Assembly: GCF_001078055.1 (NCBI RefSeq)
Contig: NZ_CP010777.1
Location: 300,408-332,407, forward strand
Direction of reading: 5' to 3'
Source of the DNA: Rufibacter radiotolerans
GTDB taxonomy: Bacteria; Bacteroidota; Bacteroidia; Cytophagales; Hymenobacteraceae
DNA length: 32,000 bases
Shown: positions 8,182 to 16,849 of the stretch, in pieces
Layout of the letters: each line of letters starts with the position of its first letter
How positions within the stretch are numbered: position 1 is the first letter of the stretch
The notes under the pieces: generated by a model
The model's database searches: none
Told to the model about the DNA's origin: nothing
What the model saw: the letters and a program-made list of their open reading frames with translations, nothing else
Made by a program: the position numbers and the translations under genes

Positions 8182-10417
8182 CCTTTGGGGCGGCGTTGAG
8201 TGTACTGTAAACCGGGTAGGCGAACAGTACTTTGATCAGCTGGCACAAAGTGGACATGCGCACCGTCTGGCGGATCTTGATTTGTTCGCCGGTTTGGGTA
8301 TCCAGAAGATGCGGTATCCGGTTCTTTGGGAGCACGTGGCCCCTGAAGACCCTGACCAACACAACTGGACCTGGGCCACCGAGCGCCTCAACAAGCTCCG
8401 TGACCTTCACATAGAACCTATAGTGGGGCTGCTGCATCATGGCAGCGGCCCGCGCTATACCAATCTTTTAGACCCTGAGTTCCCGCAGAAATTTGCCGCC
8501 TACGCCAAAGCCGTGGCGCAGCAGTTTCCGTGGGTCACCCATTACACCCCCATCAACGAGCCGCTCACCACGGCCCGGTTCAGTGCCCTCTACGGTCTGT
8601 GGTACCCACATGCCAAAGATGATGCTTCCTTTGCCCGGGCACTCATGAACCAGATCAACGGCACGCGCCTGGCCATGCAAGCCATTAGGGAGGTGAACCC
8701 CAATGCCCTTCTGGTCCAGACCGATGACCTGGGCTATTCCCACAGCACCACTACCATGCAGTACCAGGCAGACTTTGAGAACCACCGCCGGTGGCTCACC
8801 TGGGATCTGCTATGCGGTAAGGTAGACCAGCAGCACCCCCTCTGGAATTACCTGCACTGGGCCAAGGTGCCTGAAAACGAGTTGCTAGAGATGGTAGCCA
8901 AGCCTTGTCCGCCGGACATCATAGGCATTAACTATTATGTAACCAGCGAGCGTTACTTAGACGAACACATCATTGACTACCCCTGGCATACCCACGGCGA
9001 GAACCACCGGCAGCGTTACGCTGATGTGGAGGCGATCAGGGTGCCAGACGCTATGCCCCTGGGCATCCAGAACATCTTAGCCCAGGTGTGCGAGCGGTAT
9101 GATATTCCGGTAGCCGTCACCGAGGCCCACTTATGCTGTACCCGCGAAGAGCAAATGCGCTGGCTGGCCGAGGTCTGGGATTCTGCGCTGTTTTTGGCAA
9201 ACCAAGGCAAAAACGTGATTGCGGTTACCGCCTGGTCTTTGCTGGGCGCCTTTGACTGGAACAGCCTCTTAACCGAGCAGCGCGGCCACTATGAACTGGG
9301 CGTATTTGACATAAGAACCGGTACCCCCGAACCCACGGCGGCGGCCACCCTGCTGCAGACCCTGGCCAGTGGCGGCGAACGCCACCCAGTGCTGGAGATT
9401 GACGGCTGGTGGAAACGCACCTGCCGCAGCATCTACCCGCCTGTGCCCGAGACGGCAGAAAGCTGGAACCTACGGGCCAACCAGCAGAAAGCCGGTAAAA
9501 CACAAACAAAGCCGCTGCTCATTACCGGTGCCACCGGTACGCTGGGCCGAGCCTTCTCCAGAATCTGTGATGCCCGTGGTATCCCGTATGTACTGCTCAA
9601 CCGCCAGGAAATGGACATCGCGGAGGAAATCTCGGTAAAAGAAGCCCTGCTGAAGTATAAACCATGGGCCGTCATCAATACCGCCGGCTACGTGCGCGTA
9701 GACGATGCGGAGCGGGAACAGGAAGCCTGTTACCGTGAGAACACCGAAGGACCCGCCATCTTGGCGAAGGCCTGCCAGAAGCACAACAGCAAGTTGGTGA
9801 CCTTCTCCTCAGACCTGGTGTTCAACGGAACCAAGCAAACTCCTTACCTGGAAGAGGATGCCCACAGCCCTCTCAACATCTATGGCCATAGCAAGGCTCA
9901 GGCCGAAGTAAAGGTGCTGGAAACTTTGCCGGAAGCCCTGGTGATCAGAACCAGCGCGTTCTTCGGGCCCTGGGATGAGCACAACTTTGTGTACCATGCC
10001 CTGCGGGCGATGGCGCATGAGGAGCCGTTCCATGCCGCGGAAGACCTATACATTACGCCCACGTTTGTGCCAGATCTGGTGAATACCGCGTTGGATTTAT
10101 TGATAGACGGAGAGACCGGGATATGGAACGTAGCCAACCAGGGCGCCTACAGTTGGGCCGAGTTGGCAGAACTGGCGGCCAACCTGGCAGGCCTCAACCC
10201 AGAACCCTGGCTACAGCCTGTGCCACAGTCTTTTTTTAACTGGCCTGCCGCCAGACCTGCCTATACCGTGCTGGAGACCAGTAAACGGGCCGTATTACCC
10301 ACCGTGGAAGATGCGCTGCACCGGTTCCTGCACCTGCATGAGTTCCCTTTCCGTCCGGCTTTTGCGCCCCACCCAGAAGAAGTGGAAGAAGAAAGTCTCC
10401 TTTCAGCCAGGGCGTAG
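8168..10417 (+). CDS. bifunctional-looking fusion: GH1-like TIM-barrel domain + RmlD-like (dTDP-4-dehydrorhamnose reductase family) SDR domain
   Basis: The N-terminal ~450 aa carry GH1-type motifs: YTPINEP (acid/base Glu) and PVAVTEAH (nucleophile Glu position). The C-terminal ~290 aa carry the Rossmann motif LLITGATGTLG and the catalytic YGHSKAQAE (YxxxK). There is no signal peptide. I prefer the ATG at 8168 (MANINLWGG), which overlaps the glf stop by 14 nt. The track's start at 8141 is also possible. Confidence 0.8.
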   Translation: MANINLWGGVECTVNRVGEQYFDQLAQSGHAHRLADLDLFAGLGIQKMRYPVLWEHVAPEDPDQHNWTWATERLNKLRDLHIEPIVGLLHHGSGPRYTNLLDPEFPQKFAAYAKAVAQQFPWVTHYTPINEPLTTARFSALYGLWYPHAKDDASFARALMNQINGTRLAMQAIREVNPNALLVQTDDLGYSHSTTTMQYQADFENHRRWLTWDLLCGKVDQQHPLWNYLHWAKVPENELLEMVAKPCPPDIIGINYYVTSERYLDEHIIDYPWHTHGENHRQRYADVEAIRVPDAMPLGIQNILAQVCERYDIPVAVTEAHLCCTREEQMRWLAEVWDSALFLANQGKNVIAVTAWSLLGAFDWNSLLTEQRGHYELGVFDIRTGTPEPTAAATLLQTLASGGERHPVLEIDGWWKRTCRSIYPPVPETAESWNLRANQQKAGKTQTKPLLITGATGTLGRAFSRICDARGIPYVLLNRQEMDIAEEISVKEALLKYKPWAVINTAGYVRVDDAEREQEACYRENTEGPAILAKACQKHNSKLVTFSSDLVFNGTKQTPYLEEDAHSPLNIYGHSKAQAEVKVLETLPEALVIRTSAFFGPWDEHNFVYHALRAMAHEEPFHAAEDLYITPTFVPDLVNTALDLLIDGETGIWNVANQGAYSWAELAELAANLAGLNPEPWLQPVPQSFFNWPAARPAYTVLETSKRAVLPTVEDALHRFLHLHEFPFRPAFAPHPEEVEEESLLSARA

Positions 10418-10431
10418 GCTTCCTGTCTGCT

Positions 10432-10479
10432 AAACCCGTTTTGGGCCTGTTTTTACAAAAACAGGCCCAAAACGGGTTT
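10432..10479. repeat. dispersed palindromic element, copy C (perfect)
   Basis: Left arm aaacccgttttgggcctgttttt, spacer ac, right arm aaaaacaggcccaaaacgggttt. The arms are perfect over 23 bp. ttt tct follows, so it may terminate the glf operon. Confidence 0.9.
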
Positions 10480-10565
10480 TTCTATTAGGGCTGTTTCCAG
10501 TACCGGTTTCGTTGTAAAGCGATACCTTTTACCGCCATTATCTCCCGGGGATTTTAGCCATGTTT

Positions 10566-10604
10566 CTGTTTTAAGCCCGTTTTTGAGAAAACAGGGGTAA
10601 AACG
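10566..10604. repeat. dispersed palindromic element, copy D
   Basis: Sequence ctgttttaagcccgtttttgagaaaacaggggtaaaacg. It is imperfect and is the second copy in the secA upstream region. Confidence 0.6.
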
Positions 10605-10738
10605 ACTACCCTTCCTAAAAAAGCACTACCCCAATTTTTTTACCGTTTTCAATGTTTTCTGCCATCCCGTCAGGTGCGGGGCACTAATGTAGGGATGGTA
10701 TTGTTTTGGCTAGATAGAAAATTGTCGGAAAAACCGCG

Positions 10739-10746
10739 TATTTTTG
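10739..10746 (+). promoter_or_regulatory. candidate Bacteroidota -7 promoter box upstream of secA
   Basis: tatttttg is an exact match to TAnnTTTG and ends 33 nt upstream of the secA ATG. I saw no convincing -33 TTTG at the expected spacing. Confidence 0.3.
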
Positions 10747-10779
10747 AAATTGAATCAAGTACATCTTAAATAGTAGTTT

Positions 10780-13700
10780 ATGTTTGACTTTTTTGGGAAG
10801 ACGGTCGCTAAGATTTTCGGAACCAAGTCGGATCGGGATATCAAGGGCGTGATGCCGTATGTGGGACTCATCAACCAGGAGTTTGCCAAATTGGCCACTC
10901 TCTCAGATGACCAACTCCGGAACCGTACGCAAGAGGTGCAAGCCGCCATTGCCGCTCGTCTGAAACCCATTGATGATAAAATAGCCGCGCTCCATCTGCG
11001 CATTGAGAACGAGACGGAACTGGACATCGCCCAGAAAGAGGAGATCTTCGTAGAGATTGATGAGCTGGAGAAGGAGCGCAACAAAGACCTGGAGGTGGTA
11101 CTCATGGAAGTGCTGCCCGAGGCCTTTGCCATTGTGAAGGAAACCGCCCGTCGCTTCAAGGAAAACGGCCAAATGACCGTTACCGCCTCTGACCTGGACC
11201 GCGCCTTCGCGGCCCGCAAACCAAACGTACAGATCAACGGCGACCAGGCCGTGTGGGCCAACCGCTGGAACGCCGCCGGTACCGAGGTAGTTTGGGACAT
11301 GCTGCACTATGACGTGCAGCTGATTGGGGGTATTGTGTTGCACCAGGGTAAGATTGCCGAGATGGCCACAGGTGAGGGTAAAACATTGGTAGCCACGCTG
11401 CCAGCGTTCCTGAATGCCTTAGCCAAACGCGGCGTGCACGTGGTAACCGTGAACGACTACCTGGCCAAGCGTGACTCTGAGTGGATGGCGCCGTTGTTTG
11501 AGTTCCATGGAATTACCATTGACTGCATAGACAAGCACCAGCCCAACACAGACGCCCGCCGTAATGCTTATTTAGCTGACATCACCTACGGTACCAACAA
11601 TGAGTTCGGGTTTGACTACCTGCGCGACAACATGTCCCGTGAGCCGGGTGAACTGGTGCAGCGCAAGCACCACTATGCCATGGTGGATGAGGTTGACTCC
11701 GTGTTGATTGATGATGCCCGTACCCCGTTGATCATCTCCGGCCCCGTGCCGCGCGGCGATGAGCACGAATTCTACGTGTTGAAGCCCCGTGTAGCCATGC
11801 TAGTTGAAAATCAGCGCAAGCTGGTGGGTAACTACCTGGTAGAAGCCAAACGCCTGATCAAAGAAGGAAACGACAAAGAAGGTGGTCTGGCCTTGTTCAG
11901 AGCCTACCGTGGCTTGCCTAAAAACAAGCCCTTGATCAAGTTCCTGAGTGAGACCGGCGTGCGCCAGATCTTATTAAAGACCGAAGCCTTCTACCTGCAG
12001 GACCACTCCCGCCAGATGCCAGAGGCCGATGCGCCCCTGTTCTTCACCATTGACGAGAAGCACAACCAGATTGAACTCACGGAGAAAGGCATTGACCTGA
12101 TCACGGGTCAGGGCGAAGACCCGCACCTGTTCATCTTGCCAGACATCGGGACGGAGATCGCCAATATTGAGAACCACAAAGAACTGTCTGCCGAGGACAA
12201 ACTGCACCAGAAAGAACACCTGATCCTGGAGTACCAGGACAAGTCTCAGCGCGTGCACACCATCAACCAGTTGCTTAAGGCCTACACCCTGTTTGAGAAG
12301 GACACCGAGTACATTGTCACCGATGACCACAAGGTGAAGATTGTAGATGAGCAGACCGGTCGTGTGATGGAAGGTCGCCGCTACTCAGACGGGCTGCACC
12401 AAGCCATTGAGGCAAAGGAGAACGTGCGCGTGGAAGACGCCACCCAGACCTACGCCACGGTTACCCTGCAGAACTACTTTAGAATGTACCACAAGCTGGC
12501 CGGTATGACCGGTACGGCAGAAACCGAAGCCGGTGAGTTCTGGGAAATCTACAAGCTGGACGTGGTAGTGATCCCCACCAACCGCGTAGCCCAGCGTAAA
12601 GACGAGCATGACAAGGTTTACAAGACCATTAGAGAGAAATACAACGCCGTAGCCGAAGAGATTCAGGAACTGACCAAGGCCGGACGCCCGGTGCTGGTGG
12701 GTACCACCTCGGTGGAGATTTCTGAATTGGTAAGCCGCATGCTCAAGATACGCGGTATTCCGCACCAGGTCTTGAACGCCAAGCAGCACCAGCGCGAGGC
12801 TGAGATCGTAGCCGAAGCCGGTAAGCCTAGCACCGTAACCATTGCTACCAACATGGCCGGCCGTGGTACCGATATTAAACTGACGCCAGAGTCTAAAGCC
12901 GCCGGCGGATTGGCCATTATTGGTACCGAACGCCATGAGTCGCGCCGGGTAGACCGTCAGTTGCGTGGTCGTTCCGGCCGCCAGGGTGACCCGGGATCGT
13001 CGCAGTTCTTCGTGTCTCTGGAAGATAGCTTAATGCGTCTGTTCGGTTCTGACCGTATTGCCCGCTTAATGGATAGAATGGGTCTGGAGGAAGGCGAAGT
13101 GATTCAGCACGCCATGATCACCAACTCCATTGAAAGAGCCCAGAAGAAAGTAGAGGAAAACAACTTCGGGACGCGTAAGCGCCTGCTGGAGTATGATGAC
13201 GTGATGAACGCCCAGCGCGAGGTGGTGTACAAACGCCGCCGCAACGCCCTGTACGGCGAGCGCCTGGAGCTGGACATCTGGAACATGATCTATGATACCG
13301 CCGAGGACATTGTACAGACCTACAAAGCCACCGGTAACCACGAGGACTTCCTGCTGCACATTATTAGAGTGTACGGGTTCAACTCCGCTATCACGGCGGC
13401 AGAACTGACCGGGCAATCGGTAGACGTGCTGATGGACCGCCTGTACAACGAGGCCCTGGATTTCTACCTGACCAAAAGCCACCAGATCATGGAGCAGTCT
13501 GCCCCTATCATGGCAGATATCTTCCAGAACCGTGGCCCAATGATTGAAAACATTGCCGTACCGTTCACAGACGGACGCAAGCAGATCACCGCCGTTGCCA
13601 ACCTGGAGAAGGTAGTGAACAGCCACGGCAAAGAGTTGATCAAGACCGTGGAGAAAGTGATTACGCTGGCCACCATTGACCAGGCCTGGACCCAGCACCT

Positions 13701-14151
13701 GCGTGAGATGGACGACCTGAAGCAGAGCGTGCAGAACGCCGTGTACGAGCAGAAAGACCCGCTGTTGATCTACAAGTTTGAGTCATTTGAGTTGTTCAAG
13801 CGCATGATCAGTAAGGTGAACGAGGAAACCGTGTCCTTCCTGTTCAAGGCAGACTTACCCGTACAACAGGAGCAACCGGTACCGGTGCAGGAAGCCCGCC
13901 AAACGCAGGCCCCCAGACCCCCGCGCTTACATGAGCAGAAGGAAGAAGTGCACTCTACCTTAGAGGAAACTATCCCAGACATGCCCCAGGCCCCGGCCCA
14001 AAAGCAGGCTCCTGTAAGGGTAGAGAAACATGCCGGCCGCAATGACAAGGTAAGCGTGCAGTACATGGATGGCCGCGTGGTAAAAGACGTGAAGTTCAAA
14101 AACGTAGAAAACGATTTGCTCAATAACCGTTGTATCATCATTGAAGATTAA
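10780..14151 (+). CDS. secA: preprotein translocase ATPase subunit SecA
   Basis: 1123 aa. Walker A is MATGEGKTLVATLPA and the DEAD-like box is MVDEVDSVLIDDARTPLIISG. Also present are TNMAGRGTDIKL and RQLRGRSGRQGDPG. The C-terminal tail has no Cys-rich zinc finger. Confidence 0.97.
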   Translation: MFDFFGKTVAKIFGTKSDRDIKGVMPYVGLINQEFAKLATLSDDQLRNRTQEVQAAIAARLKPIDDKIAALHLRIENETELDIAQKEEIFVEIDELEKERNKDLEVVLMEVLPEAFAIVKETARRFKENGQMTVTASDLDRAFAARKPNVQINGDQAVWANRWNAAGTEVVWDMLHYDVQLIGGIVLHQGKIAEMATGEGKTLVATLPAFLNALAKRGVHVVTVNDYLAKRDSEWMAPLFEFHGITIDCIDKHQPNTDARRNAYLADITYGTNNEFGFDYLRDNMSREPGELVQRKHHYAMVDEVDSVLIDDARTPLIISGPVPRGDEHEFYVLKPRVAMLVENQRKLVGNYLVEAKRLIKEGNDKEGGLALFRAYRGLPKNKPLIKFLSETGVRQILLKTEAFYLQDHSRQMPEADAPLFFTIDEKHNQIELTEKGIDLITGQGEDPHLFILPDIGTEIANIENHKELSAEDKLHQKEHLILEYQDKSQRVHTINQLLKAYTLFEKDTEYIVTDDHKVKIVDEQTGRVMEGRRYSDGLHQAIEAKENVRVEDATQTYATVTLQNYFRMYHKLAGMTGTAETEAGEFWEIYKLDVVVIPTNRVAQRKDEHDKVYKTIREKYNAVAEEIQELTKAGRPVLVGTTSVEISELVSRMLKIRGIPHQVLNAKQHQREAEIVAEAGKPSTVTIATNMAGRGTDIKLTPESKAAGGLAIIGTERHESRRVDRQLRGRSGRQGDPGSSQFFVSLEDSLMRLFGSDRIARLMDRMGLEEGEVIQHAMITNSIERAQKKVEENNFGTRKRLLEYDDVMNAQREVVYKRRRNALYGERLELDIWNMIYDTAEDIVQTYKATGNHEDFLLHIIRVYGFNSAITAAELTGQSVDVLMDRLYNEALDFYLTKSHQIMEQSAPIMADIFQNRGPMIENIAVPFTDGRKQITAVANLEKVVNSHGKELIKTVEKVITLATIDQAWTQHLREMDDLKQSVQNAVYEQKDPLLIYKFESFELFKRMISKVNEETVSFLFKADLPVQQEQPVPVQEARQTQAPRPPRLHEQKEEVHSTLEETIPDMPQAPAQKQAPVRVEKHAGRNDKVSVQYMDGRVVKDVKFKNVENDLLNNRCIIIED

Positions 14152-14812
14152 CGTGCAAACAGAGCCGGAACAGAGCCTGGCGCCGTACATTGACCATACG
14201 GTACTCAGGCCTGATACCACCCAGGCCATGGTGGAGCAACTTTGCCAGGAAGCCGCCCAGCACCACTTTGCCGCGGTGTGCGTGCCTCCCTGTTTTGTAA
14301 AGCAGGCCGTGGCCGCTTTGCAGGACACGGGTGTGCAGATTGCTACCGTGGTGGGTTTTCCACTGGGGTATCAGTTGGCCAAAGTAAAGTTCTTTGAGGC
14401 CCACCAGGCCTTGACCGAGGGTGCCACCGAGATTGACGTGGTCATGAACATTGCGGCCTTCAAGTCTGGCAAGCATGATGAGGTCATGTCTGAGCTGCAG
14501 GAACTAAGCACCCTGTGCCACTTCAAGAACGCCATCCTGAAAGTGATCATTGAAACCGCCTTGCTGTCTCCGGAGGAAATTGTGCAGGTATGTAACCTGT
14601 GCGTGGAGGCCGAGGCAGATTTCGTGAAAACCTCTACCGGGTTTGCCGCCAGCGGCGCGAAAGTGGAAGATATTCTTTTGATGCGTTCCACCTTGCCGGC
14701 CCATATCAGGATCAAGGCATCGGGCGGAATCAAAACCAAGGACGCCGCCCTTGCGTTGGTGAAAGCGGGAGCAGACCGGATAGGAACATCCTCCGGCGTT
14801 TCATTGCTATGA
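14141..14812 (+). CDS. deoC: deoxyribose-phosphate aldolase
   Basis: 223 aa. Motifs are IDHTVLRPD, FVKTSTGF and the Schiff-base Lys motif IKASGGIKT. The start is either TTG at 14141, which overlaps the secA stop, or GTG at 14153. Confidence 0.9.
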   Translation: MKINVQTEPEQSLAPYIDHTVLRPDTTQAMVEQLCQEAAQHHFAAVCVPPCFVKQAVAALQDTGVQIATVVGFPLGYQLAKVKFFEAHQALTEGATEIDVVMNIAAFKSGKHDEVMSELQELSTLCHFKNAILKVIIETALLSPEEIVQVCNLCVEAEADFVKTSTGFAASGAKVEDILLMRSTLPAHIRIKASGGIKTKDAALALVKAGADRIGTSSGVSLL

Positions 14813-15354
14813 GATTGACACAGATGACCTATAGATTCTTCACCATCCTGTGCCTGGGCGCCATGATGAGCTGTGCCGCCACCAGTGGCAGCACCTCTAC
14901 CGGCTCCGGAAGCACGCCTTCAGAAGCCCGCAGCACCGAGAAAGGCGGTACGGCCACTATCATAGACACCAAGAAATACCTGCCAACGTTTCCATCGGCC
15001 CCGGCTGGAGGTGCTGCGCCCGTAGCCATGGCTGCTCCCACGCACCACGTCCGGAACCAGGTGAACCTGCTCATGGACAGCGTGGTGATGGTGAACAAGA
15101 ACATCAGGTATGCCGCCGGCTACCGTATTCTGGCCTATACCGGCAATGAGCGCAAAGCCGCTATGGAACTGCGTAACAACATTATCCAGCGCCTACCCGA
15201 AGAGAAGGATTACCTAACCTACAAGCAGCCCACCTACCAATTAAAGATAGGTGACTTCCTGACCCGGGTAGAGGCGCACGCAGCCTTGATGAAGATCAAA
15301 GACCTGCTGCCCAACGCCATGCTGGTGCAAGAGACAGTGAATATCCCTAAGTAA
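14809..15354 (+). CDS. SPOR domain-containing lipoprotein
   Basis: ATG at 14809 forms an ATGA overlap with the deoC stop. The lipoprotein signal is FFTILCLGAMMSC, followed by a Ser/Thr/Gly linker. The C-terminal SPOR-like domain is YRILAYTGNERKAAMELRNNI...YQLKIGDFLTRVEAHAALMKIK. The upstream part of the 14599 ORF is a frame artefact inside deoC. Confidence 0.8.
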   Translation: MRLTQMTYRFFTILCLGAMMSCAATSGSTSTGSGSTPSEARSTEKGGTATIIDTKKYLPTFPSAPAGGAAPVAMAAPTHHVRNQVNLLMDSVVMVNKNIRYAAGYRILAYTGNERKAAMELRNNIIQRLPEEKDYLTYKQPTYQLKIGDFLTRVEAHAALMKIKDLLPNAMLVQETVNIPK

Positions 15355-15396
15355 AAACGGGTGTGGGCTGTATTGGTCCTTTCTTAATACCATTTC

Positions 15397-15448
15397 CTTC
15401 CGCCGTTTTAAGCCTGTTTTTCAGAAAACAGGCTTAAAACGGCGGAAG
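15397..15448. repeat. dispersed palindromic element, copy E (perfect)
   Basis: Left arm cttccgccgttttaagcctgtttt, spacer tcag, right arm aaaacaggcttaaaacggcggaag. The arms are perfect over 24 bp. The variant is AAGCC/GGCTT where copy C has GGGCC/GGCCC. Confidence 0.9.
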
Positions 15449-15459
15449 CTTTTTCTGCC

Positions 15460-15467
15460 TACCTTTG
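15460..15467 (+). promoter_or_regulatory. candidate -7 promoter box for the amidohydrolase gene
   Basis: tacctttg is an exact match to TAnnTTTG. It ends 26 nt before the ATG at 15494 and lies directly downstream of repeat copy E. Confidence 0.3.
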
Positions 15468-15493
15468 CCTTCCAGATTATAGACTGATTTTCC

Positions 15494-16699
15494 ATGCAAG
15501 ACCTTTCCCACCGCATTCAGGCCCTGGCCAGGCAGTACGCCCATGACACGGTAGCCACGCGCCATCACCTGCACCAGCACCCGGAGCTTTCCTTCCAGGA
15601 GCATGAGACCTCGGCCTACGTTTTCCAGAAGCTGCAGGAATATGGCCTGAACCCGGAGCGGATGACGGAGACCGGCGTGGTAGCCTTGGTGCAAGGCCGT
15701 AACCCCGAAAAAGCCACCACCGCCCTGCGTGCCGACCTGGATGCGTTGCCTATTCTGGAGACCAATGAGGTGGATTACAAATCAAAGCGGGAAGGGGTGA
15801 TGCACGCCTGCGGCCATGACGTGCACACGTCTTCATTGCTTACCACCGCGCGCATTCTGCAGGAACTTCGGAATGAGTTCGAAGGGACGGTCAAGCTGAT
15901 CTTCCAACCCGGTGAGGAGAAGTTCCCGGGCGGCGCGTCTCTGATGATCAAGGAGGGTGTGCTGGAGAATCCGGCGCCTAAGAGCATTATGGGCCAGCAC
16001 GTGTTCCCGTTTCTGCCGGCGGGCAAAGTAGGTTTCCGGTCGGGTATGTATATGGCTAGTGCAGATGAGATTTACGTGACCGTGAAAGGCAAGGGCGGCC
16101 ACGGCGGCCTTCCGGAGCAACTGGTAGACCCGGTGCTCATTACGGCGCACCTGTTGGTGGCGCTGCAACAGATTGTGAGCCGGCGCGCCAACCCTAAAAT
16201 CCCGTCGGTGCTGTCCTTTGGACGCGTGATCGCGGAGGGGGCTACCAACGTGATACCCGGGGAGGTGAAGCTGGAGGGCACCTTCAGGACCATGGATGAA
16301 AACTGGCGGGCCGAAGCCAAAGTGTTGATGAAGAAACTGGCCGAAGGCCTTTGTGAAAGCATGGGCGGTTCCTGTGAGTTCACCCTCATGGACGGCTACC
16401 CCTTCCTGAAGAACGACCCCGAACTGGTGGCCCGTGCTCGTGCGGGCGCTGAGGCTTACTTGGGGCCGGAGAACGTAGTGGACCTGGACATGTGGATGGC
16501 CGCCGAGGACTTCGCGTATTACTCCCAAATCACTCCCGCCTGCTTCTACCGGCTGGGTACCCGCAACGAGGCCCAAGGCATTACCTCGGGCGTACATACG
16601 CCCACCTTCAACATAGACGAAGATGCGCTGGAAGTAGGCAGCGGCCTCATGGCCTGGCTGGCCATCCATGAGTTGCAGTCGCTCGCGGCGGAACAGTAA
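15494..16699 (+). CDS. M20 family amidohydrolase (M20D, N-acyl-amino acid amidohydrolase-like)
   Basis: 401 aa. The metal-binding motif is MHACGHDVH. The sequence also contains IFQPGEE and GGHG. Confidence 0.85.
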   Translation: MQDLSHRIQALARQYAHDTVATRHHLHQHPELSFQEHETSAYVFQKLQEYGLNPERMTETGVVALVQGRNPEKATTALRADLDALPILETNEVDYKSKREGVMHACGHDVHTSSLLTTARILQELRNEFEGTVKLIFQPGEEKFPGGASLMIKEGVLENPAPKSIMGQHVFPFLPAGKVGFRSGMYMASADEIYVTVKGKGGHGGLPEQLVDPVLITAHLLVALQQIVSRRANPKIPSVLSFGRVIAEGATNVIPGEVKLEGTFRTMDENWRAEAKVLMKKLAEGLCESMGGSCEFTLMDGYPFLKNDPELVARARAGAEAYLGPENVVDLDMWMAAEDFAYYSQITPACFYRLGTRNEAQGITSGVHTPTFNIDEDALEVGSGLMAWLAIHELQSLAAEQ

Positions 16700-16784
16700 T
16701 TAGCTGTCTGAAAAGTAATTGCAATTAAAGCGCAAAGGCTTGGTGCTTTACTGCTTGCCTGATCAGTGAGAGGTGTATTTAATG

Positions 16785-16834
16785 AAAAAGCGTTTCGGGC
16801 CTGTTTTTCCAAAAACAGGCCCGAAACGCTTTTT
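16785..16834. repeat. dispersed palindromic element, copy F (perfect)
   Basis: Left arm aaaaagcgtttcgggcctgttttt, spacer cc, right arm aaaaacaggcccgaaacgcttttt. The arms are perfect over 24 bp and flanked by A-run and T-run. It sits between convergent genes and looks like a bidirectional terminator. Confidence 0.9.
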
Positions 16835-16849
16835 TCGTTCTTGGCTTAA

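Noticed and set aside
14599-14808. N-terminal extensions of track ORFs. These are 14599 for the SPOR gene, 18068-18196 for the porin, 24414-24659 for the hydrolase, 27233 for the RidA-family gene, 4836 for the GNAT gene and 30138 for the hypothetical gene.
   Set aside because: The extensions overlap upstream genes or repeat elements, or consist of Arg/Gly-rich or otherwise implausible sequence. Internal ATGs immediately precede clean signal peptides or conserved N-termini.
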